Part shown: positions 39,395 through 51,151 of the stretch, piece after piece
Numbering within the stretch: position 1 is the first letter of the stretch
Layout of the letters: each line of letters begins with the position of its first letter
Assembly (NCBI GenBank): GCA_902630065.1
Contig: CACOTF010000001.1
Span: 133,854-197,853, forward strand
Direction of reading: 5' to 3'
Origin: an uncultured Pelagibacteraceae bacterium
GTDB lineage: Bacteria > Pseudomonadota > Alphaproteobacteria > Pelagibacterales > Pelagibacteraceae
Length of the DNA: 64,000 nt
Notes under the pieces: generated by a model
Told to the model about the DNA's origin: nothing
Database searches by the model: none
Seen by the model: the letters and a program-made list of their open reading frames with translations, nothing else
Position numbers and translations under genes: made by a program

Positions 39395-40417
39395 TTACTT
39401 CCAACCAGCAGCTAACATTACTTCTAATGCATCTGCTTGTTTTGCACCGTATGACTTAACACTTGTTTTAGTATCCATTACAAAGTTCATCTCTTTGCCT
39501 GGAACTAAATCATTAGGTGTTACACCGCCAATCATTGGATACTCAAAAGTATTATTTACAATATGATTTTGAGCCTCTTCTGATAATAAAAACTCAACTA
39601 ATTTTACAGCATTAGCTTTGTTTGGTGCATGTTTAAGCATACCAGCTCCACTAATATTGATGTGCGTTCCTCTATCTTGTTGATTAGGGAAAAAAGGCAT
39701 TACTTTTTTTGCTGCTTCTTGTTGTTCAGCACCCTTTTTTCCAGATAACATCAACGCATGATAGTATGTGTTTGCAACAGCAATATCAGCTTCTCCAGCT
39801 GCAACAGCCATGATTTGAGCACGGTCGTTACCTTTTGGAGTTCTAGCCATGTTTGCTACAACAGCTTTTGACCATTCTGCAGTTTTTGCTTTACCATTAT
39901 TCTTAACAAGTGAAGCAACTAAAGATTGGTTATAAATGTTGTTAGATTTTCTTATTACTAATCTACCTTTCCATTTTGGATCAGCTAGACCTTCATAAGT
40001 CATACCATTAAGTTCGTTCGCACTTACTCTTTCTGGTGAATAATAAATTATTCTAGCTCTTTTTGCTATTCCAGTCCATTTTGCTGATCTGAATTGCGAT
40101 GGAACTGCATCCTTAATAGCTTTAGACCAGCCTGCATTTTGCATCATTCCTTTAGCTGCAAATGCACCTAGTCTTCCAGCATCTGCTGTGATGTATAAAT
40201 CACCAACACAGTCTGCTCCCTCTTCAGTGATTCTTTTTTGAAGAGCTTTATCTTTTCCCGAAACTACATTTACTTTAATTCCAGTAGCAGCAGTAAATTT
40301 TTCATATAATTGAACGTCAGAATCGTAGTGCCTTGCACTAAAAATATTGACCTCAGCTGCAATCGTAAAACTTGAAATTAAAGCAAAAAATAACGAGATT
40401 ATTGTAAGTTTTCTCAT
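39395..40417 (-). CDS. sfuA: Fe3+ ABC substrate-binding protein
   Basis: SARHY, ADAGRL, NIYNQSL and ANTYY (Tyr ligands) of the FutA/SfuA family. Confidence 0.93.
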   Translation of the reverse strand: MRKLTIISLFFALISSFTIAAEVNIFSARHYDSDVQLYEKFTAATGIKVNVVSGKDKALQKRITEEGADCVGDLYITADAGRLGAFAAKGMMQNAGWSKAIKDAVPSQFRSAKWTGIAKRARIIYYSPERVSANELNGMTYEGLADPKWKGRLVIRKSNNIYNQSLVASLVKNNGKAKTAEWSKAVVANMARTPKGNDRAQIMAVAAGEADIAVANTYYHALMLSGKKGAEQQEAAKKVMPFFPNQQDRGTHINISGAGMLKHAPNKANAVKLVEFLLSEEAQNHIVNNTFEYPMIGGVTPNDLVPGKEMNFVMDTKTSVKSYGAKQADALEVMLAAGWK

Positions 40418-40467
40418 ACTTCTCCTTAAGTTTATGTTAAACGTTTAATTATTACTTATAATGCGGA

Positions 40468-40498
40468 TGATAACTATTCTCAATGATATTGATTATCA
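40468..40498. promoter_or_regulatory. Tandem Fur-like boxes upstream of sfuA
   Basis: TGATAACTATTCTCA (40468-82) and TGATATTGATTATCA (40484-98) versus consensus TGATAATnATTATCA (2 and 1 mismatches). Confidence 0.7.
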
Positions 40499-40554
40499 AT
40501 TGCAATAATGTCGCAACTAATAATCATTTGCAAAATTAAGGATTTTGAGAATTT

Positions 40555-41445
40555 TTAAAATTCCCACTCTGAAATTTTACTGTATAAAAAGTTTCTGAAT
40601 GCTTGAACTCTGGCAACGTTTTTTAGAGATTGAGGATACACAAAGTGTGCCTCTGTGGTTGGACCTTGAACGTTAGGTAATACTTTTACTATATTTGGTT
40701 GTTTGACAGTTAAGTAATCTGGAATTGCGGCTAATCCTACACCGCTTTGAACAGCTAAAAGTAAACCATAAACACTATTCACTCTCATGACCGTTTTTCT
40801 CTTTTTGTTATCTTTCATTCCAAGTTTTAATGCCCAGTCTGGATTAAAAACTGGAGAAGGAGCACCTCTGCCAAATGAAATAAAATTGTGCTTATTCAAA
40901 TCATTAATTGTTTTAGGATATCCATGTTTTTCTAAGTATTTTGGTGATCCGTAGATATGATAATTAATATCTATCAGTTTTTTTTGAATATAATTAAGCT
41001 GTTTTGGCCTTCTCATAAATATTCCAATATCTGCCTGTCTAGTACTCAAATCTAGCTCTTTATCATCAAATATGAGTTCAACTTCAATCTCAGGATTAAG
41101 TTGCATAAATTCCTGAATTCTTGGTGTTAACCACGTTGTTCCAAAACTAACAACAGTTGTCACTGATAATTTTCCAGAAGGCTTGGTTTTTTTATCTCCT
41201 AAAGTTGTTTCTACTTCTTTTAATTTAGAAATTACCTCATGAGCTGTTTTAAATACATATTCACCATTTTCAGTTAGTGTTAAGCCTCTAGCATGACGTT
41301 CAAATAATTTTACTTTTAAATCTTCCTCTAATGACTGGATTTGTCTGCTAATAGCTGATTGGCTAAGATTTAAAATGACAGTAGCACTTGTAAAACTTCC
41401 AGCTTCCGCAACTGCATGAAATATTTTTAATTTATCCCAATCCAT
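40555..41445 (-). CDS. LysR family transcriptional regulator
   Basis: MDWDKLKIFHAVAEAGSFT...SQSAISRQI helix-turn-helix. Confidence 0.93.
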   Translation of the reverse strand: MDWDKLKIFHAVAEAGSFTSATVILNLSQSAISRQIQSLEEDLKVKLFERHARGLTLTENGEYVFKTAHEVISKLKEVETTLGDKKTKPSGKLSVTTVVSFGTTWLTPRIQEFMQLNPEIEVELIFDDKELDLSTRQADIGIFMRRPKQLNYIQKKLIDINYHIYGSPKYLEKHGYPKTINDLNKHNFISFGRGAPSPVFNPDWALKLGMKDNKKRKTVMRVNSVYGLLLAVQSGVGLAAIPDYLTVKQPNIVKVLPNVQGPTTEAHFVYPQSLKNVARVQAFRNFLYSKISEWEF

Positions 41446-42446
41446 TATTTATTTACATCTACAACAACTTTATTTTTTAAATTACCCTTCAACATATCCG
41501 GGTATATATTAAGTAATTCCTCTAATCCTGTAGTTTTAACAGACTTTTCTAAAATGTTAAAATCTAAGAGCGCAGGAAATTCACCCCACAAATATTCTTT
41601 TCTTTTTTTACTAATATTAACTGAGTCTATCCCCCATAATTTTACAGCTCTTAAAATAAATGGAATTACTGAAGTATTTAATTTATTACCACTCGCATTA
41701 CCACATATTGCAACGATACCTTTTGGTTTTGTTTGTGCTATTGCATTTGATAAAATATTTCCTCCAACAGAATCTACAACACCATCCCATGTTCCTTTAT
41801 CAATCAACCTCGCCTCACCTTCAAATTCTTTACGATCTATAACGTTTTTAGCACCTAATTCTTTTAGATATTCAGCTTTATCTGGTTTACCAGTTATTGC
41901 TGTTACATTAATTCCCATTTTAGCAAGAACCATTACCGCTACCATTCCAACTCCTCCAGTTGATCCTGTAACCAAAACATCGTTAACTTTACTTTGCATT
42001 AAAAGTTCTTCGCGTGCTTTAACTGCAAAGGCACACATTAAACCAGTAAGACCTGCTGTTCCTAATATCATGGCTTGCCTACTATTTATTCCATTTGGAG
42101 CTTTTGTAATTTGATCTTTCTTTACTTTTGCATATTGTGAATACCCTCCATCAAATAATTCTCCAGCTCTGCATCCTGTTAAAATAACTTTATCCCCTTC
42201 CTTAAATTCTTCACCATCACCTTGTGCTACAGTTCCGGAGAAATCAATTCCTGGAATTCTTGGATATTCTTTTATAAGTTTGCCACCATCTTTAAGGATC
42301 ATAGCATCCTTGAAATTAAGATCAGAAAAATCAATCTTGACTAGTACTTCTCCATCTTTGAAATGATCTAAATTTAATTCTTTAACTTCTCGTGTAAAAT
42401 TTTCGTTTTGATTATTTAATACAACTGCTTTAAATGAGTCCGCCAT
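41445..42446 (-). CDS. acuI: YhdH/AcuI family acryloyl-CoA reductase
   Basis: LNFKD, PGIDFSG, GTAGLT, TGSTGGVG and PFILR.V.L.GIDSV motifs. Confidence 0.82.
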   Translation of the reverse strand: MADSFKAVVLNNQNENFTREVKELNLDHFKDGEVLVKIDFSDLNFKDAMILKDGGKLIKEYPRIPGIDFSGTVAQGDGEEFKEGDKVILTGCRAGELFDGGYSQYAKVKKDQITKAPNGINSRQAMILGTAGLTGLMCAFAVKAREELLMQSKVNDVLVTGSTGGVGMVAVMVLAKMGINVTAITGKPDKAEYLKELGAKNVIDRKEFEGEARLIDKGTWDGVVDSVGGNILSNAIAQTKPKGIVAICGNASGNKLNTSVIPFILRAVKLWGIDSVNISKKRKEYLWGEFPALLDFNILEKSVKTTGLEELLNIYPDMLKGNLKNKVVVDVNK

Positions 42447-42462
42447 TTTTTATCAGTAAATA

Positions 42463-43065
42463 TTATTTTGCAATAAATCGCAAATATCTATTTTGATAAC
42501 TTAAATCGTCTTTAAACTGTCCTAAATAAAAATTTGTAACTGTTGTAGCTTGTTCTTTTTTAATACCTCTCATAGTCATACACTGATGAGTTGAATCTAT
42601 TGTTACCGCAACTCCTTTTGCATCTAAAGACTCCATTAAAGTATTAGCTATTTGAACAGTTAATCTTTCTTGCGTTTGTAATCGTTTTGAAAAAACTTCT
42701 ACCACTCTTGCTATTTTACTTAATCCTACAACTCTTTCATTTGGAATATATGCAACATGAGCAATACCTATAATTGGTGCCATATGATGCTCACAATGAC
42801 TTTGAACTGAAATATTTTTTTGCACAACCATATCGCTATAGCCTTCGACATCACCAAACGTTTTATCTAAAACCGCTTTAGGATCTTCTTTATATCCCTT
42901 GAAATATTCTTTAAATGCTTTTGTTACTCTTTTTGGAGTTTCCAATAAACCTTCTCTAGTAGGATCTTCACCTAACCATTTAAGGATTTTGACAAAAGCT
43001 TCTTCAGCTTCTTTGTCAGTTACTTCATTAATTTTTTTTTCGTTTTCGTTTTTTACTAATTTCAT
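42463..43065 (-). CDS. folE: GTP cyclohydrolase I
   Basis: CEHH, GLSK, QER and HQCMTMRG motifs. Confidence 0.96.
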   Translation of the reverse strand: MKLVKNENEKKINEVTDKEAEEAFVKILKWLGEDPTREGLLETPKRVTKAFKEYFKGYKEDPKAVLDKTFGDVEGYSDMVVQKNISVQSHCEHHMAPIIGIAHVAYIPNERVVGLSKIARVVEVFSKRLQTQERLTVQIANTLMESLDAKGVAVTIDSTHQCMTMRGIKKEQATTVTNFYLGQFKDDLSYQNRYLRFIAK

Positions 43066-43122
43066 GACGTGCTTTTATATATATAAAACCTTAATTTTAA
43101 AATATTTATTATATTTATTATT

Positions 43123-43611
43123 ATGTTAGATAATTCCACATATATGTTTAAAAAAAGAGAAAATGTAGCAGAAATAGAAGAAGGCAAGCTTTTATCTCCT
43201 AAATTCGACAATGATGGATTGATTCCAGTCATTACAACATGCTCAAAAACAAAAGAAATATTAATGCATGGGTATATGAATGTTGAAGCCTTCAAGTTAA
43301 CTATTGAAACGAAAGAAGCTCACTACTGGAGCAGATCAAGACAATCAATTTGGCACAAAGGAAAAACAAGTGGATTTGTTCAAAAAGTAAAAGAGATTCG
43401 AATTGATGATGATCAAGATGCGGTTTGGATGACTGTAGATATTGGCGAAGGTGCTAGTTGCCACGTTGGGTACAGATCCTGTTTTTATAGATCTGTTCCT
43501 TTGGGTAAAATTGATAATGCAAGACAAATTGAAATGAAATTTGAAGAAGAAGAAAAAAAATTTGACCCAGAGGTTGTTTATAAAGGACAACCTAATCCAA
43601 CAAAAATATAA
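43123..43611 (+). CDS. hisI: Phosphoribosyl-AMP cyclohydrolase
   Basis: YWSRSR..WHKG.TSG, DDDQD and CHVGYRSCF motifs. Confidence 0.93.
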   Translation: MLDNSTYMFKKRENVAEIEEGKLLSPKFDNDGLIPVITTCSKTKEILMHGYMNVEAFKLTIETKEAHYWSRSRQSIWHKGKTSGFVQKVKEIRIDDDQDAVWMTVDIGEGASCHVGYRSCFYRSVPLGKIDNARQIEMKFEEEEKKFDPEVVYKGQPNPTKI

Positions 43612-43618
43612 AAAATTG

Positions 43619-44227
43619 ATGAAAGTTTTAAGTCCGTTTGGACCAAAAATTGCTGTTATTAAAATTCCATTAAACTTGGTAAAAAAAATTAATGATGAAG
43701 TTGAAAGTATTATTAAAGATAAAAAAAAATCAAAATCAAGTGACTATTCAAAAAAATTGGTAGGTCAAGTAGAACAGGAAATTGAATTAAAAAATAAATT
43801 TATAAAAAAAAATTTAAAAAGTTTTATTTCTAAATCTGTTAATCAATATTTAAAAAAAAATCTTAATAAGAAGTCAAAAAATATTAAAATTAAGAATTTA
43901 TGGGTTGTAAGACAATTTAAAAATGATTACAATCCTATTCATTTCCATGATGGTAATGTTTCTGGAGTTGGTTATTTGAAAATTCCAAATAATTTAACAA
44001 AGGGAAACAAGAAAATAAAAACTAACGGAACAATTGATTTTATTTATGGCTCTAAATCTTTTTTAAATAATTCTATATTTAATCATAAACCAAAAGTTGG
44101 CGATCTTATTTTGTTCCCAAATAATTTAATGCATACTGCATATCCATTTAAATCTGATGGTGAAAGAAGATCTTTTTCATTTAACATAGATATTGATAAA
44201 AAATTAACAGAATTATTTCATGGCTGA
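43619..44227 (+). CDS. Putative 2OG-Fe(II) oxygenase
   Basis: NPIHFH, SGVGYL and LFP..LMH..YPF....RRSFSFN; start moved to ATG 43619. Confidence 0.75.
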   Translation: MKVLSPFGPKIAVIKIPLNLVKKINDEVESIIKDKKKSKSSDYSKKLVGQVEQEIELKNKFIKKNLKSFISKSVNQYLKKNLNKKSKNIKIKNLWVVRQFKNDYNPIHFHDGNVSGVGYLKIPNNLTKGNKKIKTNGTIDFIYGSKSFLNNSIFNHKPKVGDLILFPNNLMHTAYPFKSDGERRSFSFNIDIDKKLTELFHG

Positions 44228-44594
44228 TAAACAAAAAAATGTTTTAGATGAAGATTTGGAGTTATGCTCTAATGACCCTTTAACAGGATGGTATAGAGAC
44301 GGATGTTGTAATACAGATGAAAATGATCATGGTGTTCACACTGTTTGTGCAAAAGTAAATACTGAATTTTTAGAATGGTGCAAAGAAGCAGGGAATGATT
44401 TAGTTACACCTCATCCTGAGTTTGGTTTTCCGGGTTTAAAAGATGGAGATAGTTGGTGTGTGTGTGCAGGTTGGTATGCTAGAGCTTTAGAAGCGGGAAA
44501 AGGATGTCCTATTTATTTAAAAAAAACTCACAAAAACACTTTGAAACTTATTCCAATTGAAACTTTAAAAAAGTTCGCAATCGATTTATCTTAA
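44220..44594 (+). CDS. DUF2237 family protein
   Basis: PLTGWYRDGCC, GNDL.TP and GLKDGD.WCVCA motifs. Confidence 0.9.
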   Translation: MADKQKNVLDEDLELCSNDPLTGWYRDGCCNTDENDHGVHTVCAKVNTEFLEWCKEAGNDLVTPHPEFGFPGLKDGDSWCVCAGWYARALEAGKGCPIYLKKTHKNTLKLIPIETLKKFAIDLS

Positions 44595-46214
44595 TTACAT
44601 ATTTCCGTATTTAGGTCCGCCTCCACCTTCTGGGGTTACCCAAGTAATATTTTGAGACGGTTCTTTAATATCACACGTTTTACAATGTATGCAATTTTGA
44701 GCATTGATTACAAATTTTTGAACAGAATTTACTTCTTGAACTTCATAAACTCCTGCTGGACAATATCTTTGTGCGGGCTCATCAAATTTCTCTAAAGTAT
44801 ATTTTATAGGCAAATCTGGATCTTTAAGTTTTAAATGCACTGGTTGATTATCATCATGAATCGTACCCGTTAAATAAACCGAACTAGTTTTATCAAAAGT
44901 AATAACGTTATCAGGCTTAGGATAATCAATTTTTGGCATTTTATTTGCTGGTTTTAGAGCTTCATGATCAGCATGTTTATGTTTTAATGTGAAAGGAAGC
45001 TTTCCTCTAAATAAAATCTGGTCAATTCCAGTAAATAATATACCCAAAATTAATCCCCAAGAGAAACTTGGTTTTACATTTCTTGCCTCATGTAATTCTT
45101 TGTAAACCCAACTTTCTTTAAATTTTTGTTCATATGTAGATAAATTTAAATTTTTTGTAAGATGCTCATAAATTGTTTCAGCAGCGATCATTCCACTCTT
45201 CATCGCAGTATGAGACCCTTTTATTTTAGGCATATTTAATGTTCCTGCATCACATCCAACTAACAAAGCACCTGGCATAAACATCTGAGGTAAACTCTGT
45301 ATACCACCCTCAATTAAAGCTCTTGCGCCATAAGAAATTCTTTTCCCGCCTTCAATTATTTTTTTTATATCTGGATGAGTTTTAAATCTTTGGAATTCAT
45401 CGAAAGGTGAGAGATGAGGATTTTGATAATCTAATCCAATTACGTAACCAAGAAAAACTTGTTTATTTTCTGCATGATACATAAAACTTCCACCGTAGGT
45501 GTTATTGTCTAAAGGCCATCCAGCAGTATGCATTACTAAACCTTCTGTATGATTTTTTTCATCTATCTCCCAAATTTCTTTAAAACCAATTCCATATTGT
45601 TGAGGATTTTTACCTTTGTCTAATTCAAACTTCTTTATTAATTCTTTTCCTAAGTGACCTCTGCATCCTTCTGCAAATACTGTAACTTTTGCATGCAATT
45701 CCATTCCAGGTTCATAAGTATCTTTTTTATTTCCCTCTTTATCGATACCCATATCTTGAGTAGCAATACCTTTAACTGATCCATCGTCATTATATAAAAC
45801 TTCACTTGCTGGAAATCCTGGGAATATTTCAACTCCTAATCCCTCAGCCTGCTCTGCCAACCATCTACAAAGATTTGCAAGACTTATAATATAATTGTTA
45901 TGATTTTGTTGAACCTTGGGAAGTAACCATGTTGGCCAACTTAATGATTTTTGTTTTCCTAAAAATAAAAATTTTTCTTTTGTAACTTTTGTTTTAATTG
46001 GAGCATTTAATTCTTTCCAATTAGGTATTAGTTCGTCTAAAGCACGTGTTTCAAACACGTTCCCTGACAAAATATGCGCACCTATTTCAGATGCTTTTTC
46101 TAAAAGGCAGACATTAATATCTGGATTTAACTGCTTTAATTTAATTGCAGTTGAAAGTCCTGATGGTCCGCCACCTACGATGACAACATCGTATTCCATC
46201 ACTTCTCTGGACAT
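44595..46214 (-). CDS. ETF-ubiquinone oxidoreductase
   Basis: GAHILSG, KIKGSH, CPAGVYE and CIHCKTCDIK motifs. Confidence 0.96.
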   Translation of the reverse strand: MSREVMEYDVVIVGGGPSGLSTAIKLKQLNPDINVCLLEKASEIGAHILSGNVFETRALDELIPNWKELNAPIKTKVTKEKFLFLGKQKSLSWPTWLLPKVQQNHNNYIISLANLCRWLAEQAEGLGVEIFPGFPASEVLYNDDGSVKGIATQDMGIDKEGNKKDTYEPGMELHAKVTVFAEGCRGHLGKELIKKFELDKGKNPQQYGIGFKEIWEIDEKNHTEGLVMHTAGWPLDNNTYGGSFMYHAENKQVFLGYVIGLDYQNPHLSPFDEFQRFKTHPDIKKIIEGGKRISYGARALIEGGIQSLPQMFMPGALLVGCDAGTLNMPKIKGSHTAMKSGMIAAETIYEHLTKNLNLSTYEQKFKESWVYKELHEARNVKPSFSWGLILGILFTGIDQILFRGKLPFTLKHKHADHEALKPANKMPKIDYPKPDNVITFDKTSSVYLTGTIHDDNQPVHLKLKDPDLPIKYTLEKFDEPAQRYCPAGVYEVQEVNSVQKFVINAQNCIHCKTCDIKEPSQNITWVTPEGGGGPKYGNM

Positions 46215-46238
46215 AATGATAATTTCTTACAGTATTTG

Positions 46239-47192
46239 CTATTTTTGTATAGTGTTTAATTTGTTCAATTCTGACAAAAATTGAGGAAGCGCTTCAAAAA
46301 GATCTGCTTCTAATCCGTAATCTGCGACACTAAAAATTGGAGCTTCACCGTCTTTATTTATTGCAACAATAACTTTACTTTCTTTCATTCCTGCTAAGTG
46401 CTGTATTGCACCTGAAATTCCAACTGCAATATATAAATCTGGAACTACAACTTTACCCGTTTGTCCTACTTGATGATCATTCGTAATATAACCAGCATCA
46501 ACTGCTGCTCTTGATGCACCAATTGCTGCATTAAGTTTATCAGCAATATCGCTGATTAATTTGAAATTTTCACCATTTTGCATTCCTCTGCCGCCAGAAA
46601 TAACTATTCTAGCTGTTCCAAGCTCTGGTCTGTCTGACTTAACTTCTTCTTTCTTTAGAAATTTAGTTGACGAACTAGCTTCTGCTGGATCAGATTTTGT
46701 AATTTCAGCAGATCCACCACTCTTATCAGCAGGATCAAATGATGTTGGTCTTATAGTAACACATTTTTTCTTGTCATTACTTCTGACCGTAGCAAAAGCA
46801 TTTCCTGCATAAATTGGTCTTAAAAAAGTATCTTCAGAAATAACTTTAATTATATCGCTTACTTGCGAAGTATCTAGTAACGCTGCAATTCTTGGCATTA
46901 AATTTTTGCCAAATGTATTTGCTGAGCTTACAATGTGTGAATAATTTTCTGCATGCTTGATTATTGCTGCTGTATAATTTTCAGCAATGTAGTTTTCATA
47001 AATCTCATTATCCACATGAATAACTTTTTTAACATTTGGAACTTCAGATAAAGATTTAGCAACATCGTCAGCTTGATGACCTAAAACCAAAACATGAAGA
47101 TCCTCATTTATTTGAGAAGCTGCTGTAATAGCATTATATGTAAATGGTCTTACTTCTTTATTGTTATGTTCTGCAATTAATAATACCGACAT
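46239..47192 (-). CDS. etfA: Electron transfer flavoprotein alpha
   Basis: SGGRG, QVGQTGK and GISGAIQH motifs. Confidence 0.96.
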   Translation of the reverse strand: MSVLLIAEHNNKEVRPFTYNAITAASQINEDLHVLVLGHQADDVAKSLSEVPNVKKVIHVDNEIYENYIAENYTAAIIKHAENYSHIVSSANTFGKNLMPRIAALLDTSQVSDIIKVISEDTFLRPIYAGNAFATVRSNDKKKCVTIRPTSFDPADKSGGSAEITKSDPAEASSSTKFLKKEEVKSDRPELGTARIVISGGRGMQNGENFKLISDIADKLNAAIGASRAAVDAGYITNDHQVGQTGKVVVPDLYIAVGISGAIQHLAGMKESKVIVAINKDGEAPIFSVADYGLEADLFEALPQFLSELNKLNTIQK

Positions 47193-47942
47193 TTAAATTA
47201 CTTTAGCCTCATTTTTTAATTTTTGCACCAACTCTTCAACACTAGCGACTTTTATTCCAGCTTTTCTTTTAGGTGGCTCTTCAACTTTAATCTGTTCGAT
47301 TCTAGGATTAATATCAACTCCTAAATCTGAAGCATTTATCTGTTCTATTGGTTTTTTCTTAGCTTTCATAATGTTTGGAAGTGAAGCATATCTTGGTTCA
47401 TTTAATCTTAAATCACATGTAACAATTGCTGGAACATTCACTTCAATAGTTTCTAAACCTTCATCAATTTCTCGTGTTACCTCTAATGCATTATCTTTTA
47501 CCTCAATTTTAGATGCAAAAGTTGCTTGAGGCCAATTTAATAAAGCTGCAAGCATCTGACCAGTTTGATTACAGTCATCATCAATTGCTTGTTTTCCCAT
47601 AAATACTAAATCAGGATTTTCTTTTTCTACAATTTTTTTTAAAATTTTTGAAACTGCTAATGGTTCAATTATATTATCAACTTTGACATGTATTCCCCTA
47701 TCCGCTCCAACTGCCAATGCTTTTCTAACAGTTTCTTGTGCTTTTTCTTCACCAATTGTAATTGCAACTATTTCTTTAGCTTTGCCAGCCTCTTTAATTT
47801 TTACTGCTTCCTCTATTGCATTATCATCTGGTGGATTTGTTGACATTTTAACGTTGTCAGTAACAACACCTGAACCATCTTCTTTAACTCTTATTTGAAC
47901 GTTGTAATCAATAACTCTTTTAACTGCGACTAGTATTTTCAT
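47193..47942 (-). CDS. etfB: Electron transfer flavoprotein beta
   Basis: [15 protein letters not shown] and NEPRYASLP motifs. Confidence 0.96.
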   Translation of the reverse strand: MKILVAVKRVIDYNVQIRVKEDGSGVVTDNVKMSTNPPDDNAIEEAVKIKEAGKAKEIVAITIGEEKAQETVRKALAVGADRGIHVKVDNIIEPLAVSKILKKIVEKENPDLVFMGKQAIDDDCNQTGQMLAALLNWPQATFASKIEVKDNALEVTREIDEGLETIEVNVPAIVTCDLRLNEPRYASLPNIMKAKKKPIEQINASDLGVDINPRIEQIKVEEPPKRKAGIKVASVEELVQKLKNEAKVI

Positions 47943-50374
47943 TAAGCTCTTAATAAATTGTTTTCTGGATCGTAAGGACTTTCATCTAAAATTGTTGCAT
48001 CGTATTTCTCACCTAATATTTCAATTTTTAGTTTTTGTCCAACATTTGCTAATTCTGGTTTAACCATTCCTAAAGCTAAAGATTTTCCAATTCTAAAACC
48101 AAAATCTCCTCCTGTTGCTCTTCCTATAACACTTCCATTTTCGTAAATTGGATTGTTTCCTAAAACATCTGCATCTTTTGGATTATGAACCTCTAAGGTA
48201 ACAAGCTTGTTATCAAAGCCTTTTTCTCTCCATTTGTTCAATGCATCAAGTCCAATAAAACTTCCTTTATTAGGGTGTATAAATCTATCAAGACCACTTT
48301 CATAAGGTGAGTATTCTATTGATAGTTCTGTTCCAACTAACTTATAAGATTTTTCTACCCTCAAACTATTCATAGCTCTAATACCATAAGGCTTTAGTCC
48401 AAGATCTTTTCCTGCTTCAATAAGTTTATCAAAAATGTGATTTTGATATTCAATTGGATGATGAAGTTCCCATCCTAATTCACCAACAAAATTAACTCTC
48501 ATAGCATTTACCGGTGCGTACCCTACATCAACCATTTTTGCACTTAGCCATTTAAAGTTTTCATTTGAAAAATCATCTTTTGAAACTCTTTGCATTAACT
48601 CTCTTGCTTTTGGACCTGAAACAACCAAAACTCCATTACTATTAGTTAAATTTTCAAACTGTACTGAACCATCTGAAGGCATCCATTTTAAAATCCAATC
48701 ATGATCTAATCTTTGGAAAGCTCCTGCTGATACTAAATAAAAGCTATCATGTGACTCTCTCATAATAGTAAATTCAGAATGAACTCCGCCTTTAGTATTT
48801 AAAGCGTGACATAAATTAATTCTTCCAACTTTTTTTGGTAATTTGTTTGCAACTAAATTATCTAAAAATTCCTCAGCACCAGGTCCTTTAATTCTACATT
48901 TTGCAAATGCAGTCATATCTAAAAGACCAACATTTTCTTTTACGTTTTTGCATTCTTTTTCCATTGCATTGAACCATTTAGATCTTCTAAATGACCAATC
49001 ATCTTTTTGATCCATTCCATCAGTTGCAAAAAAATTAGGTCTTTCCCATCCAAATTTTTGACCAAACACTGCTCCTAAATTTTTCATTCTGTCATAACAT
49101 GGTGCTGTTCTTAATGGTCTTGCCGCTGGTCTTTCTTCATCAGGAAAGTGAGTTATGAAAACGTGACTGTAGGCTTCTTCATTTTTAGCTTTTAAATATG
49201 ATTTAGAGCAATAATCTCCATATCTTCTTGGTTCAACACCAAGCATATCAATAGTTGGTTCACCATCTACGATCCATTCAGCAAGTTGCCATCCTGCTCC
49301 ACCTGCTGCAGTGATACCAAAACTATGACCTTCATTTATCCAAAAATTTTTCAATCCCCAAGCAGGTCCAACAATAGGGTTACCATCAGGTGTGTAACAA
49401 ATTGCACCATTATAAACTTTCTTTACGCCCACTTCTCCAAAAGCAGGTACTCTATGTATTGCACCTTCAATATGAGGAGCCAATCTATCTAAATCTTCTT
49501 GAAATAATTCATATTCAGAATCTTTTGATGGTCCATCTACATAACAAGCTGGTGCACCATCTTCATATGGTCCTAAAATTAATCCACCTGCTTCTTCTCT
49601 CATGTACCATCTGCTATCACTATCTCTTAAAACTCCCATCTCAGGTAATCCATCTTTTTTTCTTTTTTGAATTTCAGGATGAGGTTCGGTAACAATGTAT
49701 TGATGTTCTACTGGGATAACTGGAATATCTAAGCCAACCATCTTTCCAGTTTGTCTTGCAAAATTTCCTGAACAAGAAATAATATGTTCACATTCTATAG
49801 ACCCTTTATCTGTCTCAACAACCCAACCATCTTTGGTTTGTTTCATTCCAACAACATTTGTATTTCTATAAATTTCTGCTCCTCTATTTCTTGCACCTGT
49901 TGCAAGTGCTTGAGTTAAATCAGCTGGTTGAATATATCCATCTTCAGGGTGTTGTATTGCACCAACTAAATCTGATGTATTACATAATGGCCAGATTTCC
50001 TTAACTTGGTCTGGAGTTAAAAATTTTACATCAACACCAATTGTTTGAGCAACACCAGCGTATTGAAAGTATTCATCCATTCTATCTTTAGTGCTTGCTA
50101 ATCTAATATTTGATACAACGCTGAAACCTACGTTCTTACCTGTCTCCTCTTCTAAAGTTTTATACAAATTGACAGCATACTTGTGGAGTTGTCCCACAGA
50201 ATAACTCATATTAAATAGTGGTAATAAGCCAGCTGCATGCCAAGTTGAGCCTGATGTTAGTTCTTTTCTTTCAATTAAAACAACATCTGACCAACCTTTT
50301 TTTGCTAAGTGATAGAGTGCACTAACTCCTACTACTCCACCGCCTACTACTACAACTTTTGCTTTGGATTTCAT
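47942..50374 (-). CDS. Dimethylglycine dehydrogenase-like (DAO + GcvT domains)
   Basis: [14 protein letters not shown] and [10 protein letters not shown] motifs; coupled to etfB. Confidence 0.9.
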   Translation of the reverse strand: MKSKAKVVVVGGGVVGVSALYHLAKKGWSDVVLIERKELTSGSTWHAAGLLPLFNMSYSVGQLHKYAVNLYKTLEEETGKNVGFSVVSNIRLASTKDRMDEYFQYAGVAQTIGVDVKFLTPDQVKEIWPLCNTSDLVGAIQHPEDGYIQPADLTQALATGARNRGAEIYRNTNVVGMKQTKDGWVVETDKGSIECEHIISCSGNFARQTGKMVGLDIPVIPVEHQYIVTEPHPEIQKRKKDGLPEMGVLRDSDSRWYMREEAGGLILGPYEDGAPACYVDGPSKDSEYELFQEDLDRLAPHIEGAIHRVPAFGEVGVKKVYNGAICYTPDGNPIVGPAWGLKNFWINEGHSFGITAAGGAGWQLAEWIVDGEPTIDMLGVEPRRYGDYCSKSYLKAKNEEAYSHVFITHFPDEERPAARPLRTAPCYDRMKNLGAVFGQKFGWERPNFFATDGMDQKDDWSFRRSKWFNAMEKECKNVKENVGLLDMTAFAKCRIKGPGAEEFLDNLVANKLPKKVGRINLCHALNTKGGVHSEFTIMRESHDSFYLVSAGAFQRLDHDWILKWMPSDGSVQFENLTNSNGVLVVSGPKARELMQRVSKDDFSNENFKWLSAKMVDVGYAPVNAMRVNFVGELGWELHHPIEYQNHIFDKLIEAGKDLGLKPYGIRAMNSLRVEKSYKLVGTELSIEYSPYESGLDRFIHPNKGSFIGLDALNKWREKGFDNKLVTLEVHNPKDADVLGNNPIYENGSVIGRATGGDFGFRIGKSLALGMVKPELANVGQKLKIEILGEKYDATILDESPYDPENNLLRA

Positions 50375-50420
50375 TATCAGATTCCTACTAAATTTTAATT
50401 ACTAACGAAACAAAATTCTA

Positions 50421-50624
50421 TTATTCATCATCTGCGTCACGCCAGCCCATTCTGAACATTAAATAAGCGGCAACTACAACGGAAATTGTACCTACTACCA
50501 TACCAATATTAATCCCAACTTCACTTCCCCAAAAATACCATCCAAGTTGAGTGGATGAGATTGTTGGAAAGCATAAAATAAACATTAGAATTGCGTACCT
50601 AATATACATTGGAGGTTTTTTCAT
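50421..50624 (-). CDS. Small 2-TM membrane protein (67 aa)
   Basis: MKKPPMYIRYAILMFILCF...; start overlaps the upstream stop (TAATG). Confidence 0.65.
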   Translation of the reverse strand: MKKPPMYIRYAILMFILCFPTISSTQLGWYFWGSEVGINIGMVVGTISVVVAAYLMFRMGWRDADDE

Positions 50625-51085
50625 TATATTGATGATCCCATTGATATTGGTTGTGAAACTGCTGTTGTTAGCCAGCAATCTAAAAGATTGCCCTCTTTAT
50701 TATTTTTTTCAACTTTCCATTTAAATTTAAAATATTGTTTATCCTTATCCAAGACAACAACTTCATAAGTTGCTATGGTACTTGATTTGTAAATTTCAGT
50801 TACTGTATTTTCTTTGTGATCAATTAACATTGAGTATGAAGCACCCTTTAACATTCTTTTAAATCTATCTAAAGGACCTGTCATCCTTTGATTATTGGGA
50901 TGTGCAAATTCCCATGTTTGCTCAATCCCTCTATCTTTATATGGACTGTCATTTTTCATTAAAGCATTTAATTGAATCACAACAACTTGTTTCGGATCTA
51001 TATTCACACTTGGTTTTAAAACATCGGCAAATGAAGAATTAAAATAAATAAATGTAATTAAAAAAAATAAAATTTTGAATTTCAT
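50624..51085 (-). CDS. Exported protein, DUF4864-like
   Basis: Signal peptide; QLNAL, FAHP.N...TGP..RF..M and WLT pattern. Confidence 0.7.
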   Translation of the reverse strand: MKFKILFFLITFIYFNSSFADVLKPSVNIDPKQVVVIQLNALMKNDSPYKDRGIEQTWEFAHPNNQRMTGPLDRFKRMLKGASYSMLIDHKENTVTEIYKSSTIATYEVVVLDKDKQYFKFKWKVEKNNKEGNLLDCWLTTAVSQPISMGSSI

Positions 51086-51151
51086 ATTTTAAATTTATCT
51101 TAAATTTAAAATGAAATAAAAGGTCTTAATATCACACTTAATAATTTGATA

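Noticed and set aside
41554-42114. 186 aa ORF antisense to acuI, and the other short shadow ORFs in the track (e.g. 53..271, 1443..1631, 45916..46284, 49390..49692)
   Set aside because: They overlap well-supported genes and show no motifs; expected antisense or alternate-frame artefacts
51086-51112. 12 bp inverted repeat ATTTTAAATTTA-TCT-TAAATTTAAAAT as an operator
   Set aside because: Arms are A/T only and likely to arise by chance at this composition
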